Below are positions 25,801 to 37,707 of a stretch of DNA of 43,158 nucleotides, piece by piece (position 1 is the stretch's first letter; every line of letters starts with the position of its first letter). The notes under the pieces were generated by a model. That model was not told the DNA's origin. It searched no databases and worked only from the letters and a program-made list of their open reading frames with translations. This DNA comes from Chiloscyllium plagiosum (Eukaryota). The position numbers and the translations under genes are program-made. The stretch covers positions 81,599,953-81,643,110 of the forward strand of contig NC_057718.1 in assembly GCF_004010195.1 (NCBI RefSeq), written 5' to 3'.

Positions 25801-26378
25801 TTGCAGCTGTACAGGACATTGGTTAGGCCACTGTTGGAATATTGCATGCAATTCTGGTCTCCTTCCTATCGGAAAGATGTTGTGAAATTTGAAAGGGTTC
25901 AGAAAAGATTCACAAGGATGTTGCCAGGGTTGGAGGATCTGAGCTACAGGGAGAGGCTGAACAGGCTGGGGCTGTTTTCCCCGGAGCATTGGAGGCTGAG
26001 GGGTGACCTTATAGAGGTTTACAAAATTATGAGGGGCATGGATAGGATAAATAGACAAAGTCTTTTCCCTGGGGTCAGGGAGTCCAGAACTAGAGGGCAT
26101 AAGTTTAGGGTGAGCGGGGAAAGATACAAAAGGGACCTAAGGGGCAACGTTTTCACGCAGAGGGTGGTACGTGTATGGAATGAGCTGCCAGAGGATGTGG
26201 TGGAGACTGGTACAATTGCAACATTTAAGAGGCATCAGGATGGGTATATGAATAGGAAGGGTTTGGAGGGATATGGGCCGGGTGCTGGCAGGTGGGAGTC
26301 GATTGGGTTGGGATATATGGTCGGCATGGACGGGTTGGACCGAAAGGTCTGTTTCCATGATGTACGACTCTATGACTG
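22864..26378 (+). mobile_element. Near-full-length younger CR1/HER1-type LINE: ORF1 SGNH esterase, ORF2 APE endonuclease + RT; disrupted
   Basis: ORF1 LGDSVVRG, IVHIGTNDI; EN YFNARGL, IAITETWL, VGDFN, LDLLL; RT KSPGPD, NYRPLSLTSV, YMDFSKAFDKVPH, QGSVLGP, KFADDTK; tail GACTCTATGAC; stops, frameshifts and internal deletions. Confidence 0.97.
23785..23869 (-). mobile_element. 85-bp PLE pLTR fragment inserted in CR1 endonuclease, 9-bp TSD
   Basis: TTATAGACC at 23776-23784 and 23870-23878; contains the 3' half of a hammerhead (GGGC-TAAT-GCCC-GAAACGTC); removal restores YYRPP. Confidence 0.9.
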
Positions 26379-26957
26379 TTAGAAAATGTGACATCTATTT
26401 TAGCAGCAAGAATAAAAATGAAGAATATTATTTAACTGGTGAGAGATTGCAAAGCTTTGAGGAACAGAAGAATCTGGATATCCAATGTTTTAATTGCAAA
26501 AGATTAGTATGCAGTTACAGCAATTTATTAGGCAAGTTAACAGAATGTATTTATCTTCTGCGAGGGGATTAGATCGCAAATCTTTCGAGGTTATGCTTGA
26601 GTTATTCAGGGCACGAGTTGAGACCACATCTGGAAGACTTTACCTAAGGAAGGATGCAAATGCATTGGAAGCAAATACCTGGCGGGTTGTCTTATGAAGA
26701 AAGATTGGACATGCTAGACCTGTATCTGCTGGACTTTAGAAGACTAAGAGATGACTTAATTGAAACGTATAGGATCTTGAGGTTGAGGAAAAGAAGTTTC
26801 CTCTTATGGGAAAATCTAGGATTGGTATGACTGTTTAAAAATAAGGTTTTGCCAATTTACGACAAAAAGGAGATTTTTGTTCTTATACTGGGTCCAAAGT
26901 CTTTGCAAATCTCTTGCATGAGAGGTGGTGGAAGTACAGTCTTTGAATATTTCTAAG

Positions 26958-27087
26958 TCCTGCTGAAGGGTTCTGCCCGAAACATTGACTGTCTTGCTCC
27001 TCTGATGCTGCTTGACCTGCTGTCTTTTTCCAGCTCCACACTTTATCAACTCTGACTTTTCAGCATCTGCAGTCCTCACCATCTCCA
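26958..27087 (+). mobile_element. 130-bp solo pLTR with degenerate hammerhead, ~12-bp TSD
   Basis: CTGCTGA-A-GGGT-TCT-GCCC-GAAACATT; flanks AATATTTCTAAG (26946-26957) / AATATGTTTAAG (27088-27099). Confidence 0.85.
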
Positions 27088-29077
27088 AATATGTTTAAGG
27101 CAGAGGCCAATAGATTCTTTATGTGCAAAAGAATGAAAGTTATCAGGGGATATAGGAATGTGGAGTCAGCAGATCTATAGCAATTTTGTTGAAAGGCCCA
27201 CTTCTGTACTTTTTTTTGTATGATTGCATCTGTATATGGTTCATCATTATGTTGTACCCAAGGTCTTACATGAGCCAAACCATCACAAGCTATAGCTTCA
27301 ATTGTCATGCAGTACTCAAGCCGAATGTGCACTACTTGCCTGACCTAACTGTCCACTTATACAGATAATTTGCATAACAACCTCACAAGACACCCTTTGG
27401 TAAATTGTGACTATGCCATTTCGCCAGTGGATCAGAGCTGGACACTCATCCTTTTCCTCCACTGGGCCCAAGGTTTTTGATAGACTCCATGGTTACTTAC
27501 TTCCTCTGAAATCTCTGACCTAGTTATCTTGGTCATGGGTAAATGGTTTTATTTGCAATCTGTAGTAAAGATCAGCTCTGCAATTCCTGAACACTCAAAA
27601 GGAGAATGAGCAGGGATAAGTGGTGGGATCAGTCTCTACCCTATGGTCAGATCCTCCATAGTTTATTAAGTGTAATGGGAGAGAGGGAGGAGGAGTTCCA
27701 AGACACAAAAGAATAACAAGGGTTGAGAAATCATAGTGGGAGAAGTTTGAGAGCTGGTGGAGGCTGACAATGATGAGGACAAGAAGGAATGGAATAAAGA
27801 ACTGACATTATAGAGGTGAACAGAAAAGCTGTGGCTCTGAGGCAGATCCTTCCTGATTGGTCATATGGCTCTTTTATAGCCAATCTGGACCTGCTGCAAA
27901 GTCGCCTTACAGTCACAATCACCTGCTCCATGACACGTAATTGCATGTGTCTTACGTGTCAGTGACTGACAAACTAGCGAAATGGTCATCCATCACCACC
28001 ATCAGGACCCAATGATCCTAACTGAATTCTAAGCTGATGTATAGTAAAATTGAAAAATGTAAAATTATGTGTGTGCATGTACCCAGAATAAGATAGAATA
28101 TACAGGTAATCCATCCCAACTGGTTACGTTCATTTGGGAACAGGCATGCATTTCCTGTTGGGGTGATGATCCATTTAAATGCTAGTTTTTCTCTGAAAGT
28201 GAATTTCTGTGTTGTTGCAATTACTGATCATGTAATTCAGTAAGCTAGGAGGTAAACAATAGAATAGCAAGGATCAACGAAAATGAAGATGTGTAGATTC
28301 TGGATCTGCCTCAAGCAGGGCTTTGTGTTTTCAAATAAGCCAAGTGCAGGAATCATCTCTTTCAAGCAGAGTTGAGTTGTATTACGTGTGTACTGGCTAA
28401 AAGGGTGGAGGGACCTTGTTAATTGAAGAACACTACTTCTGGAATATCTCTAAAATACAAGATTCCAGGGTTAAAGAATACCAGAACCAGGAGCATTCTG
28501 GCTGAGGTAACTACACTTTAAACACAATTGAGGCTTTTGTTGACTGGGGAGTCTATACTGTGCAATGACTGGAGAGGACTTTGAAGTGATAACCTTGCTG
28601 GAAATAAATGAAAGGCTCAAGAAATCTCAACCCTTCCAATCTCTGATCAGTATCTGACTTGGTTTATTGTTGGTGTACCTCAGATTGGTGTAGCAGAAAA
28701 GTTGAATTAAAAAGATTGGTTTAGAATATAATTATGTAGTTTTAACATATTTAAAGTAGCTACCTAATTAAGATAATATGTGGATTCATTCATTTTGTAA
28801 ATGAATGGGTTTTAAGATTCTATAAAGACAAAATTAAAAATATTATTGGCTTTTACCATGATCATAGTAATACTCATCTAATAAAATGAAAGCTGATCAG
28901 CACTCCTAATCAAGTTTCTGTATAAGTTTAATATCACATCTGTTTTTTAATTGTATTCCTCTAGAAATGAAGATATAGGTTTTTGAATAGGTACAGGGTT
29001 ACAAATTTGATCACGCTGAATTTGAATGTAACATCACAATGAGTGATTACCCCACATCTAGTCAAGCTAAGTGCTTA

Positions 29078-29930
29078 GTAAGATGGCAGTGGAGTAGGGC
29101 TTCTAAGCCCAGGGCTCATCTGCTCCATCCGCTTGTTTTCCATTTCTTTTCTTTTTTCTCTCTCTTCTCTTGTTTCTTTTCTCTATCTTATTTACCTCTT
29201 GTTGAGGTCGGTCGCGATGATGACATCAGTGGCAGTAAGTGTGGCCAGCAGTGCAGAATTGAAGGGTCCCAGCGCAAACCTGAGGCAGTCAGTGAGTGGG
29301 CCCAGCAATGTGGACTCGTAGCAGTAGAATTGGGTTCCATGTGGCTTCTGCATTGTCAAGGAGGTCCTAGTGGTGTCTCATGGCTGTTGCTGCGGAGGTG
29401 AGTTTGGTTTCGTGGCAGCATCTGCTTCCAGTGCAGATTCACGGAGGCGTTGACGGAAATGAATTTGGGCCTAGTATGAGATACGGCAGCACCAGCAGCA
29501 GTTGCATCAGCAAGGTAGGCCCAAGGTGAACTCATAGTGGCGGTGGTCAAATTTGGGCCAGTTTGTTACCCGACTGCATTGGCGGCATTTGCATTGGTGA
29601 AGTCCAGTGAGAGCTCAGTGATAAGGGCATCGGTGAAGGCGAGATGCCACCAAAGAACAGTGACTTTCATTTCACAAGTGGCGGCGCGCAAGCAAAGGGC
29701 ACTCATACCTGGCCACCAATTCCATGATGGAGCACTTAACAAGAATGACTGTAAAATTGGATACTTTCTTTATTTCTTCATTTTTTCTGTCTTCAAATTC
29801 TATGTTTTGTTTTATTTTTCTCTGTTTAAAGATGTGCTGGAGAGTGGTGACACTATACAACACTTTTCATTGTATTTTGTAAGAAGATATACTGTATGTG
29901 ACAATAAATAAATCAAAATCAAATCAATTA
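29078..29930 (+). repeat. Non-coding retroposon-like element, GACAATAAA + (AAATC)n tail
   Basis: Starts AAGATGGCAG, T-rich tract, G-rich body, 3' end shared with 12585-13210 and 16368-16490. Confidence 0.55.
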
Positions 29931-29934
29931 AATA

Positions 29935-30722
29935 CAGAGGAACCTTGATTATCCAAATATCAATTATCCGAATTTTGGATTATCCGAAGGAGATCTCAAG
30001 GTCCCAATAGAAACATTGCATCAAAGAGCTGGTTCAACCCTGGTGGGGTCTTTTGTTTACAGGTACAATGATTAAAGATGAACTCGGCACACTGAAATGC
30101 TGCCGAGAACCGTCGTAGACAGTCCAGGCACCGTCTCCAAATGATTGACCTTCCTCCCTCTCTCTCACCTCCCACACTTTCCCTGGAGTTCTACATAGGG
30201 GTGAACCCTAAACCCCACCCCCCCTTTCCCAGATAAGCTCTCCAACATTGTCCTGTACAGGGCAGAGGTAGAACCTGTCAAAAAGTTGCAATAAAAAGGT
30301 GTGTGCTTGTGTCCTATTTGGAGACTCACCCCACAAAGGCAGCAGCAGTATTACTGTTGGTGTATAGTCTGGCTGGCCCGGACGGAGTGTGGCGGCTGGG
30401 GGGTGGGGTGGGGGGTCGGTTGGGGAAGTGGGGGCACGGACGGGTGTCAGACNNNNNNNNNNNNNNNNNNNNNNNNNNNNNNNNNNNNNNNNNNNNNNNN
30501 NNNNNNNGGGGAGTGGGCAGGGTGGGAGCGGACAGGGTTGGGGGGGCAGGGTGGGAACGGTTGGGGTTGGGGGCGGGGGCTCACGTGTAGTGTGCTGCTG
30601 CCTAGTCTCCTGAACGGGGAGCAGAAAACACCAAGCCCCAGAGGCAATCAATTAACCGAATAATCAATTATCCGAACGAAATAGTGCCCGCGCATCTCGT
30701 TTGGATAATCGAGGTTCCTCTG
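29935..30722. mobile_element. Tc1/mariner (pogo/Tigger-like) MITE
   Basis: 23-bp TIRs CAGAGGAACCT(T/C)GATTATCCAAA (1 mismatch), TA on both sides, subterminal ATTATCCGAA repeats, no transposase; 55-N gap at 30453-30507. Confidence 0.92.
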
Positions 30723-30849
30723 TAAATCAAATTAAGGTAATACAGGCAACACTTCAAAAGTCTGCACTTCTTAAAGAGCAAGTGTTTTCAGGTAGCAGCA
30801 GTCAATGGAACTGGATCAGAAATTGTTTCAGAACAGAAATGAAACAACA

Positions 30850-33075
30850 GTCCAGATCGAATGCTTCCAAAATCTCACCCAATCCGAGCTATCTCCCTCC
30901 GAACTGACTGCACACCGTGTGCTTAGATCCAAGCCTGCCAATAAGGGTGATGCAGTTATAGTCCGGCATACTGACCTCTTTATTGCAGAGGCTGAGCGCC
31001 AGCTCTTAGATACTTCCTCTTACCTTCCCGGACCATGACCCCACCATGGCACATCAGGCCATTGTATCAACTATGGTAACTGACCACAATTCATGTGGTG
31101 ATCTCTCTCCTACTGCCTCCATGTTGATAGTTCCCCAGCCCCGCAAAGCTTGTTTCTACCTCCACTGGAAAATCCACAAACAGAAGCACCCAGGCAGACC
31201 CATTGTTTCAGCTGGCTCCTGCCCCACAGAACTCATCTCTTCCTACCTTGACTCAATCTTTTCTCCCCCTGGTCCAATCCTTGCCCAGTCCATCTGTGAT
31301 TCCTCTGACATTTTACACCAATTTTGAAATTTTCAGTTTACAGGCTCCAGCTGCCTACTCTTCACCATGGACATCCATTTACACATACATTCCCCACCAG
31401 AATTGTCTCAGGGCCCTCTGCGCCTTCCTGGAGCAAAGATCTGAACCCATCCACCACCGCCTCATCGGCTTGGCCGAGCTCGTCCTCATCCTCAACAACT
31501 TCTCTTTTAACTCCTCTCATTGTCTTCAGGTCAGATGGGCGGCCATGAGTACGTGCATGGGCCCCGATTATATCTGTCTCTTTGTGGGGTACGTGGAGCA
31601 TTCTTTGTTCCAGTCGTATTCTAGCTCCCACCCACAACTTTCTCCAATATATTGATGATATTATCGGTGCTGCTTCCCTCTCGTCTGAAATTGGAAAAGT
31701 TCATCGATTTTGCTTCTAATTTCCACTCCGCCTTCACTTTCACATGATCTATCTCTGACTCCTCCCTTCCCTTCCTTGACATTTGTTTCCATTTCTGGGG
31801 ATAGACTGATCAATAATATCCATTATAAACCCCCGACTCCCATAGCTACCTGGACTATACATCCTTGCACCCTGCTACCCATAAAGACTCCATTCCATTC
31901 TCTCAGGTCCTCCGTCTCCTTTGCCTTTGTTCTGATGAGGTCAACATCAACAAGGGAACCTCCAAAATGTCCACCTTCTTCCTCAACCGATGATTTCTCA
32001 GCATCGTTGTTAACAGGGCCCTCAACTGGGTCCAACCCATCTCTCAAACTTCCTGCACCCCCTTTCTTCCCTCCCACAACAGCAAAAGGGTTCCCCTTGT
32101 CATTACCTACCATGCCACCAGCATCCATGTCCAGAGGATCATCAACTGCCATTTCCGTTACCTCCAGCGAGATGTTACCACCAGACACATAATTCCCCTC
32201 ATCCCCTTGTCCACCTTCCACAGGGACCATTGCCTCCAAAACACCCTGGTCCACTCTTCCTTCACTCCCAACACCTCCCCACAGCCCCACACCATCTTCC
32301 CCTGCAACTGATGGAGGTGCAACACCTGCCCATATACCTTCTCCCTCCTCAGTTTCTAAAAGCACAAACGTACCTTGCAGATGAAGCATCACTTTACCTG
32401 CACCTCCCACAATTTAATCTACTGCATTTGCTGCTCACAATGTAGTCTCCTCTACGTTGGGATACTGAAGTGAAGACTGGATGTCTGCTTTGCAGAACGT
32501 CCATGTTCTGCCTCCAAAAAAGACCCTGAACTTCCAGTTGCCTGTCACTTTAACACTTCACCCTGTTCCCTGGCCAACATCTCTGTCTCAGCCTTGCTGC
32601 AGTATTCCAGCAAAGCTCAGCATAAATTGGAAGACTAGCACCCCATTTTCTGCTTGGGGACGCTGCAGCCCTCTAGCCTCAATATCGAATTCAATAATTT
32701 TAGGGCCCGAACTCCCTGATGTCCTAGCACCCTACCCCACACACCAGGCCTGGTTATCACACTGCCTGCCATTACACACACCATCTATTGTTGGCCACTA
32801 ACAGTCTCCATTAGCAGCTATTCACCCTCCCAGCCAGATCATTATCAACTCCTTTGTCTGTCCAACTGTCCTTCTCTCTCTTTTTTGGCTCAATCCCCAC
32901 CTCTCATTTACTCCTTACCCCCTGTCCCCCACCCTATCCTCTGCAAATATTTTGATTTTTTTTGACTGCCATCAGTTCTGAGGAAGGGTGACCGGATCTG
33001 AAATGTTAACTCTGATTTCTGTTCACAGTTGCTGCCAGATCTGTTGAGCTTTTCCAGCAACTTCTATTTTTGGCT
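30850..33075 (+). mobile_element. Penelope-like element family B, decayed
   Basis: KPANKGDAVIV, KIHK...GRPIVSA, LAELVLILNNFSF, YIDD, GIY-YIG remnant LIYCICCSQCSLLYVG, pLTR with hammerhead. Confidence 0.9.
32978..33007 (+). ncRNA. Degenerate minimal hammerhead motif (family B pLTR)
   Basis: CTGAGGA-A-GGGT-GACCGG-ATCT-GAAA-TGTT; stem II with G-U pairs. Confidence 0.65.
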
Positions 33076-34107
33076 CTGGTGTGGTGTTGGGAGTCTTATT
33101 CCAAAAGGAGGAAAGAATTCCTACATGGGGCCAGGAGGTCTCAAGGCTGAAACGACAAACTGGATAAGAGATGGTAACCACAGATTTCAGTTCAAAGAAT
33201 CTGCTCCTGACTACAGTGCCACAAATAAGGTTCATGAATTCAACACACGTAGTCAAGGTCAGTGAACGCATGTTCAAGTGTCATCATCTCTCAACTGCTT
33301 AAAGGATCACACCTACCTCACTCCTCTATTAGTAATCTCTGGTAATTCAGACTTATGCCGAGCAATCAGATGCTCCATCTGATGGTCACACATTGAACAA
33401 TGCTGCAAGCTATACACAGTCTTCCTCAGCTTCCATGGACTTACATCTATTTAGCTACAGCACACACATCACCCAAAATGTTCCAACACTCTCATTGAAG
33501 ACGGTGTGGCCATGTGATAGCCCCTTTAAAACCTACACGGAATCACTAATGAATGTCCCTATGGGGCTTGTTGTGTATGCGTTCCTTTGGCAACAGGGAA
33601 TGGCCTATCAAACTGGACTCATCACCCAAGATAAAAAAAAGCAAATGCAATCCCACCTGCTCCAGAGGTGTGTAATAACAGTTCTGAACTGGTTGATCAG
33701 ACAAAAAATGTTAAATAAAAAGGAATGACTTATTGGTATCAGTATCAAACATATTTATAGCCCTTTCAGCACTGTGGATAAGTTTACTTGTCTAGGCATG
33801 GTCAGGCTTTGGAGATTACTGCTGTTTATACTTGTTTTGACACATTATTACACACCACAGATTAATCTGCTCATGTCAATCTTAAAACAAAAGTCATTTT
33901 TCCGGTTTTTGGACATTGCTCTCATCTCTAAAATAACCAATGGGAGTTCAGAAGGATAAAGAAGACAAGCAACCAGGAATTAATTAGAAGATAATTCTGA
34001 TTGATAGATGAGGCAGATTTGTTGCAGCAAAATTCAAAATAGTTGAATTAGGATTGGGAAATGGTTGCAGTAAGAAGAGGAAGTAAAATCAACTTAAAAT
34101 AAAGTCA

Positions 34108-36283
34108 GCTAGGTAAAAACAATGACTGCAAATGCTGGAAACCAGAGTTTAGATAAGGGTGGTGCTGGAAAAGAACAGCAGGTCAGGCAGCATCCGAGGA
34201 GCAGTAAAATTGACATTTCGGTCAAAAGCCCTTCATCAGGAATGCAGGCAGAGAGCCTGAAGCGTGGAGAGATAAATGAGAGGAGGGTGGGGGTGGGGGT
34301 GGGGTAGCATAGGCATAGAGTACAATAGATGAATTGAAAAACCTGCACCCACACCACCTCCCTCACCTCCATCCAAGGTCCTAAAGGAGCCTTCCACATC
34401 CATCAAAGTTTTACCTGCACATCCACCAATTTCATTTATTGTATCCCTTACTCCCGATGCAGTCTCCTCTACATTGCGGAGACTGGATGCCTCCTAGCAG
34501 AGCGCTTTAGGGAACATCTCTGGGACACCCGCACCAATCAACCACACCGCCCTGTGGCCCAACTCCCCCTCCCACTCAGCCAAGGACATTGAGGGCCTGA
34601 GCCTCCTTCACCGCCACTCCCTCACCACCTAACGCCTGGAGGAAGAACGCCTCATCTTCTGCCTCGGAACACTTCAACCCCAGGGCATCAATGTGGACTT
34701 CACCAGTTTCCTCATTTCCCCGGCGGATGATTTGGTTTATGCGAAGGTTGGTAGGGTGGAAGGTGGGCACCAGGGGCGTTCTGTCCTTGTTGCGGTTGGG
34801 GGGGTTGGGTCTGAGGGCGGAGGTGCGGGATGTGGATGAGATGCGTTGGAGGGCATCTTTAACCACGTGGGAAGGGAAATTGTGGTCTCGAAAGAAGGAG
34901 GCCATCTGGTGTGTTCTGTGGTGGAACTGGTTCTCCTGGGAGCAAATACGGCGGAGGCGGAGGAATTGGGAATACGGGATGGCATTTTTGCAGGAGGTAG
35001 GGTGGGAAGAGGTGTAATCCAGGTAGCTGTGGGAGTCGGTGAGATTGTAAAAAAATGTCAATGTCAAGTCGGTCGTCGTTAATGGAGATGGAGAGGTCCA
35101 GAAAGGGGAGGGAGGTGTCAGAGATGGTCCAGGTAAATTTAAGGTCAGGGTGGAATGTGTTGATGAATTGCTCAACCTCCTCGCGGGAGCACGAGATGGC
35201 ACAAATGCAGTCATCAATGTAGCGGAGGAAGAGGTGGGGAGTGGTGCCAGTGTAATTACGGAATCTGGACTGTTCTATGTAGCCAACAAAGAGACAGGCA
35301 TAGCTGGGGGCCATACGGGTGCCCATGGCTAACCCTTTGGTCTGGAGGCAGTGGGAGGATTCGAAGGAGAAATTGTTAAGAGTGAGGACCAGTTCAGCCA
35401 AACGAATGAGTGTCGGTGGAAGGGTACTGTTGGGGATGTCAGGAGAGGAAGAAACGGAGCGCTTGGAGGCCCTGGTCATGGCGGATGGAGGTGTAGAGGG
35501 ATTGGATATCCATGGTGAAGATGAGGCATTGGGAGTCGGTGAAACGGAAGTCTCGGAGGAGGTGGAGGGCGTGGGTGGTGTCTCAGACGTATGTGGGGAG
35601 TTCCTGGACTAGGGGGGATAGGACAGTGTCGAGGTAGGTAAAGATGAGTTCAGTGGGGCACGAGCATGCTGAGACAATGGGTCGGCCAGGGTGGTCAGGC
35701 TTGTGGATCTTGGGAAGGAGGTAGAACCGGGCGATGCAGGGTTCCCGGACTATGAGGTTGGAAGCTGTGGGTGGGAGATCTCCTGAGGTGATGAGGTTCT
35801 GTATGGTCTGGGAGATGATAGTCATGGTCGAGGGGGTGGTAGGAAGAGGTGTCCTTGAGTTGGAGTTTGGCTTCAGCGGTGTAGAGGTCAGTGCACCAGA
35901 CTACCACTGCGCCCCCTTTATCTGCTGGCTTGATGGTGAGGTCAGGATTGGAGCAGAGGGATTGGAGGGATGCGCTTTGTGAGGGTGAGAGGTTGGAGTG
36001 GGGGAGGCGGATAGACAAGATGAGGCGATTAATGTCCCGGCAGCAGTTGGAAATGAAGAGGTCAAGGGCGGGTAATAGGCCAGCACAGAGTGTCCAGGTG
36101 GATGGAGTGTGTTGGAGGCGGGCAAAGGGGTCCTCGGAAGGTGGGCGGGAGTCCTGATTGTAAAAGTAAGCTCGGAGGCGGAGGCAGCGGAAGAAGTGTT
36201 CGACGTCACGGCGTGTATTAAATTCTTGGTTGCTTGGGCGGAGGGGGTTGAAGGTGAGTCCTTTGCTGAAGACTGATCGTTCG
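34108..36283 (-). mobile_element. Penelope-like element family A with internally inverted GIY-YIG segment (~34337-34720 on +), 13-bp TSD
   Basis: Minus RT ([23 protein letters not shown]) and minus pLTR 34108-34335; TAAAATAAAGTCA at 34095-34107 and 36284-36296. Confidence 0.93.
34212..34239 (-). ncRNA. Minimal hammerhead ribozyme motif
   Basis: Minus strand CTGATGA-A-GGGC-TTTT-GACC-GAAA-TGTC. Confidence 0.78.
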
Positions 36284-36413
36284 TAAAATAAAGTCATCAA
36301 AATCTTTCCATCTTTGTGGGCAAAATACTTCATCAATTGGTCAAAAGCTGATAGTTAAACTAACAAATAATCAAATAATAAACCACAAAGAAAGACTGAA
36401 CAAAAATAAATGG

Positions 36414-37455
36414 AGCCCTCTAAGGACACAATGGTTAGTGCCTCTACTTCACGACCAGGATGCCTGGGTTCAAGCCCACCTGCTGTAGATAATGTTTCTA
36501 CTGCTGAGCAATAAAGCATGTGTTAATCCCAGCTGCTCCAGAGGTGTATAATAACATCTCTGAACAGAGTGATTAAAAAATATATAAAAGAGGTCCTTGT
36601 GAGACTGGTGTGTATAATTTAATAACATTGCTGAACAGATTGATTGGAAATATAGGTTAATAAAACCTGCCGTGGGCGGCACAGTGGTTAGCACTGCTGC
36701 CTCACAGCGCCAGAGACCCGCATTCAATTCCTGCCTTAGGCGAATTCCTGTGTGGAGTTTGCACATTCTCCCAGTGTCTGCATGGGTTTCCTCCGAGTGC
36801 TCCGGTTTCCTCCCACAGTCCTAAAATGTGCAGGTTAGGTGAATTGGCCATGCTAAATTGCCCGTAGTATTAGGTGAAGGGGTAAATGTAGGGGTCTGGG
36901 TGGGTTGCGCTTCGGCAGGTTGGTGTGGACTTATTGGGCCGAAGGGCCTGCTTTCACACTGTAAGTAATCTAATCTAATTTAAAAGATAAATTTGGTTAA
37001 TGTCTGTTCATTGGTCCTTGTGTGGTACCCCTACTCTTGGACAGGGGTGCTGGTTCAAGTCCCAACCTGCTCCAGAGATGTGTAATAACATCTCTGAACA
37101 CATTTATTTTTCAAGTCAAGGTAGAAAAAAATAAATAAATAAGGCGGTCCACAGAACTCTTGTGGCACAGTGATAGTGTTTCTACTGCTGAACCAGAGGC
37201 ATGTGTTTGAATCCCAGCTGCTCCAGAGGTGCATAATAACATCTCTGAACGGAGTGATTAAAAAATATATAAAAGAGGTCCTTGTGGGACTGGTGTGTAT
37301 AATTTAATTTTAAAAAAAAGCAGGACCATGGGGCCCTCTTTTGGTGCACTGCTAGTGTCCCTAGCCCCTCAACCAGGAAGCCCAAGTTCAAGTCCCACCT
37401 GCTCCAGAGGTGTGTGATAATATCGCTGAACAGGTTGATCAGAAAATAGGTTGAA
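36414..37455 (+). repeat. Head-to-tail array of ~6 short tRNA-like (SINE-like) units
   Basis: Recurrent GGTTCAAGTCCCACCTGCTCCAGAGGTGTGTAATAACATCTCTGAACAG + A-rich end; box B-like at ~36467, 36521, 37052, 37205, 37385. Confidence 0.75.
36672..36980 (+). mobile_element. Full-length HE1-type SINE inside the array
   Basis: tRNA head, V-domain, GGGCCGAAGGGCCTG and TAATC-repeat tail. Confidence 0.93.
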
Positions 37456-37707
37456 TAAATTGTTTTTAAAAATTACAAAGCAGACCCACACTGCCACACT
37501 TCCAGTTAGATCCATGCGCAGTTGTCCTTGGAGAAAGAGCGCATGGTATCTATCAATGCTATCAGAGAAAGGTGGGCACTACACTGCAGGGATATAAAGC
37601 TTCATTTCCCCCTTCAATTCCATTTTGATTTAGTTCCTTCCTGTTCTCCCTACCCTCGCCCCTCTGTCCATTCCTCCCTCCCCACCCCCCACCCACGCCC
37701 GCTGCAT

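Larger units (their letters stand above)
21760..27200 (+). mobile_element. Old CR1-type LINE ORF2 remnant (pieces ~21760-22860 and ~26380-27200), host of a younger CR1
   Basis: ADKCQGPDG, GNYRPV, DFQ remnants before, and YYLTGERLQ...MLELFRA...DLIETYRIL after the young insertion. Confidence 0.75.

Noticed and set aside
28320..28940. Possible solo LTR
   Set aside because: No TSD, partner LTR, PBS or PPT identifiable
36414..37455. CRISPR-like or tRNA gene array
   Set aside because: Eukaryotic context, irregular diverged units, no cloverleaf, no cas genes
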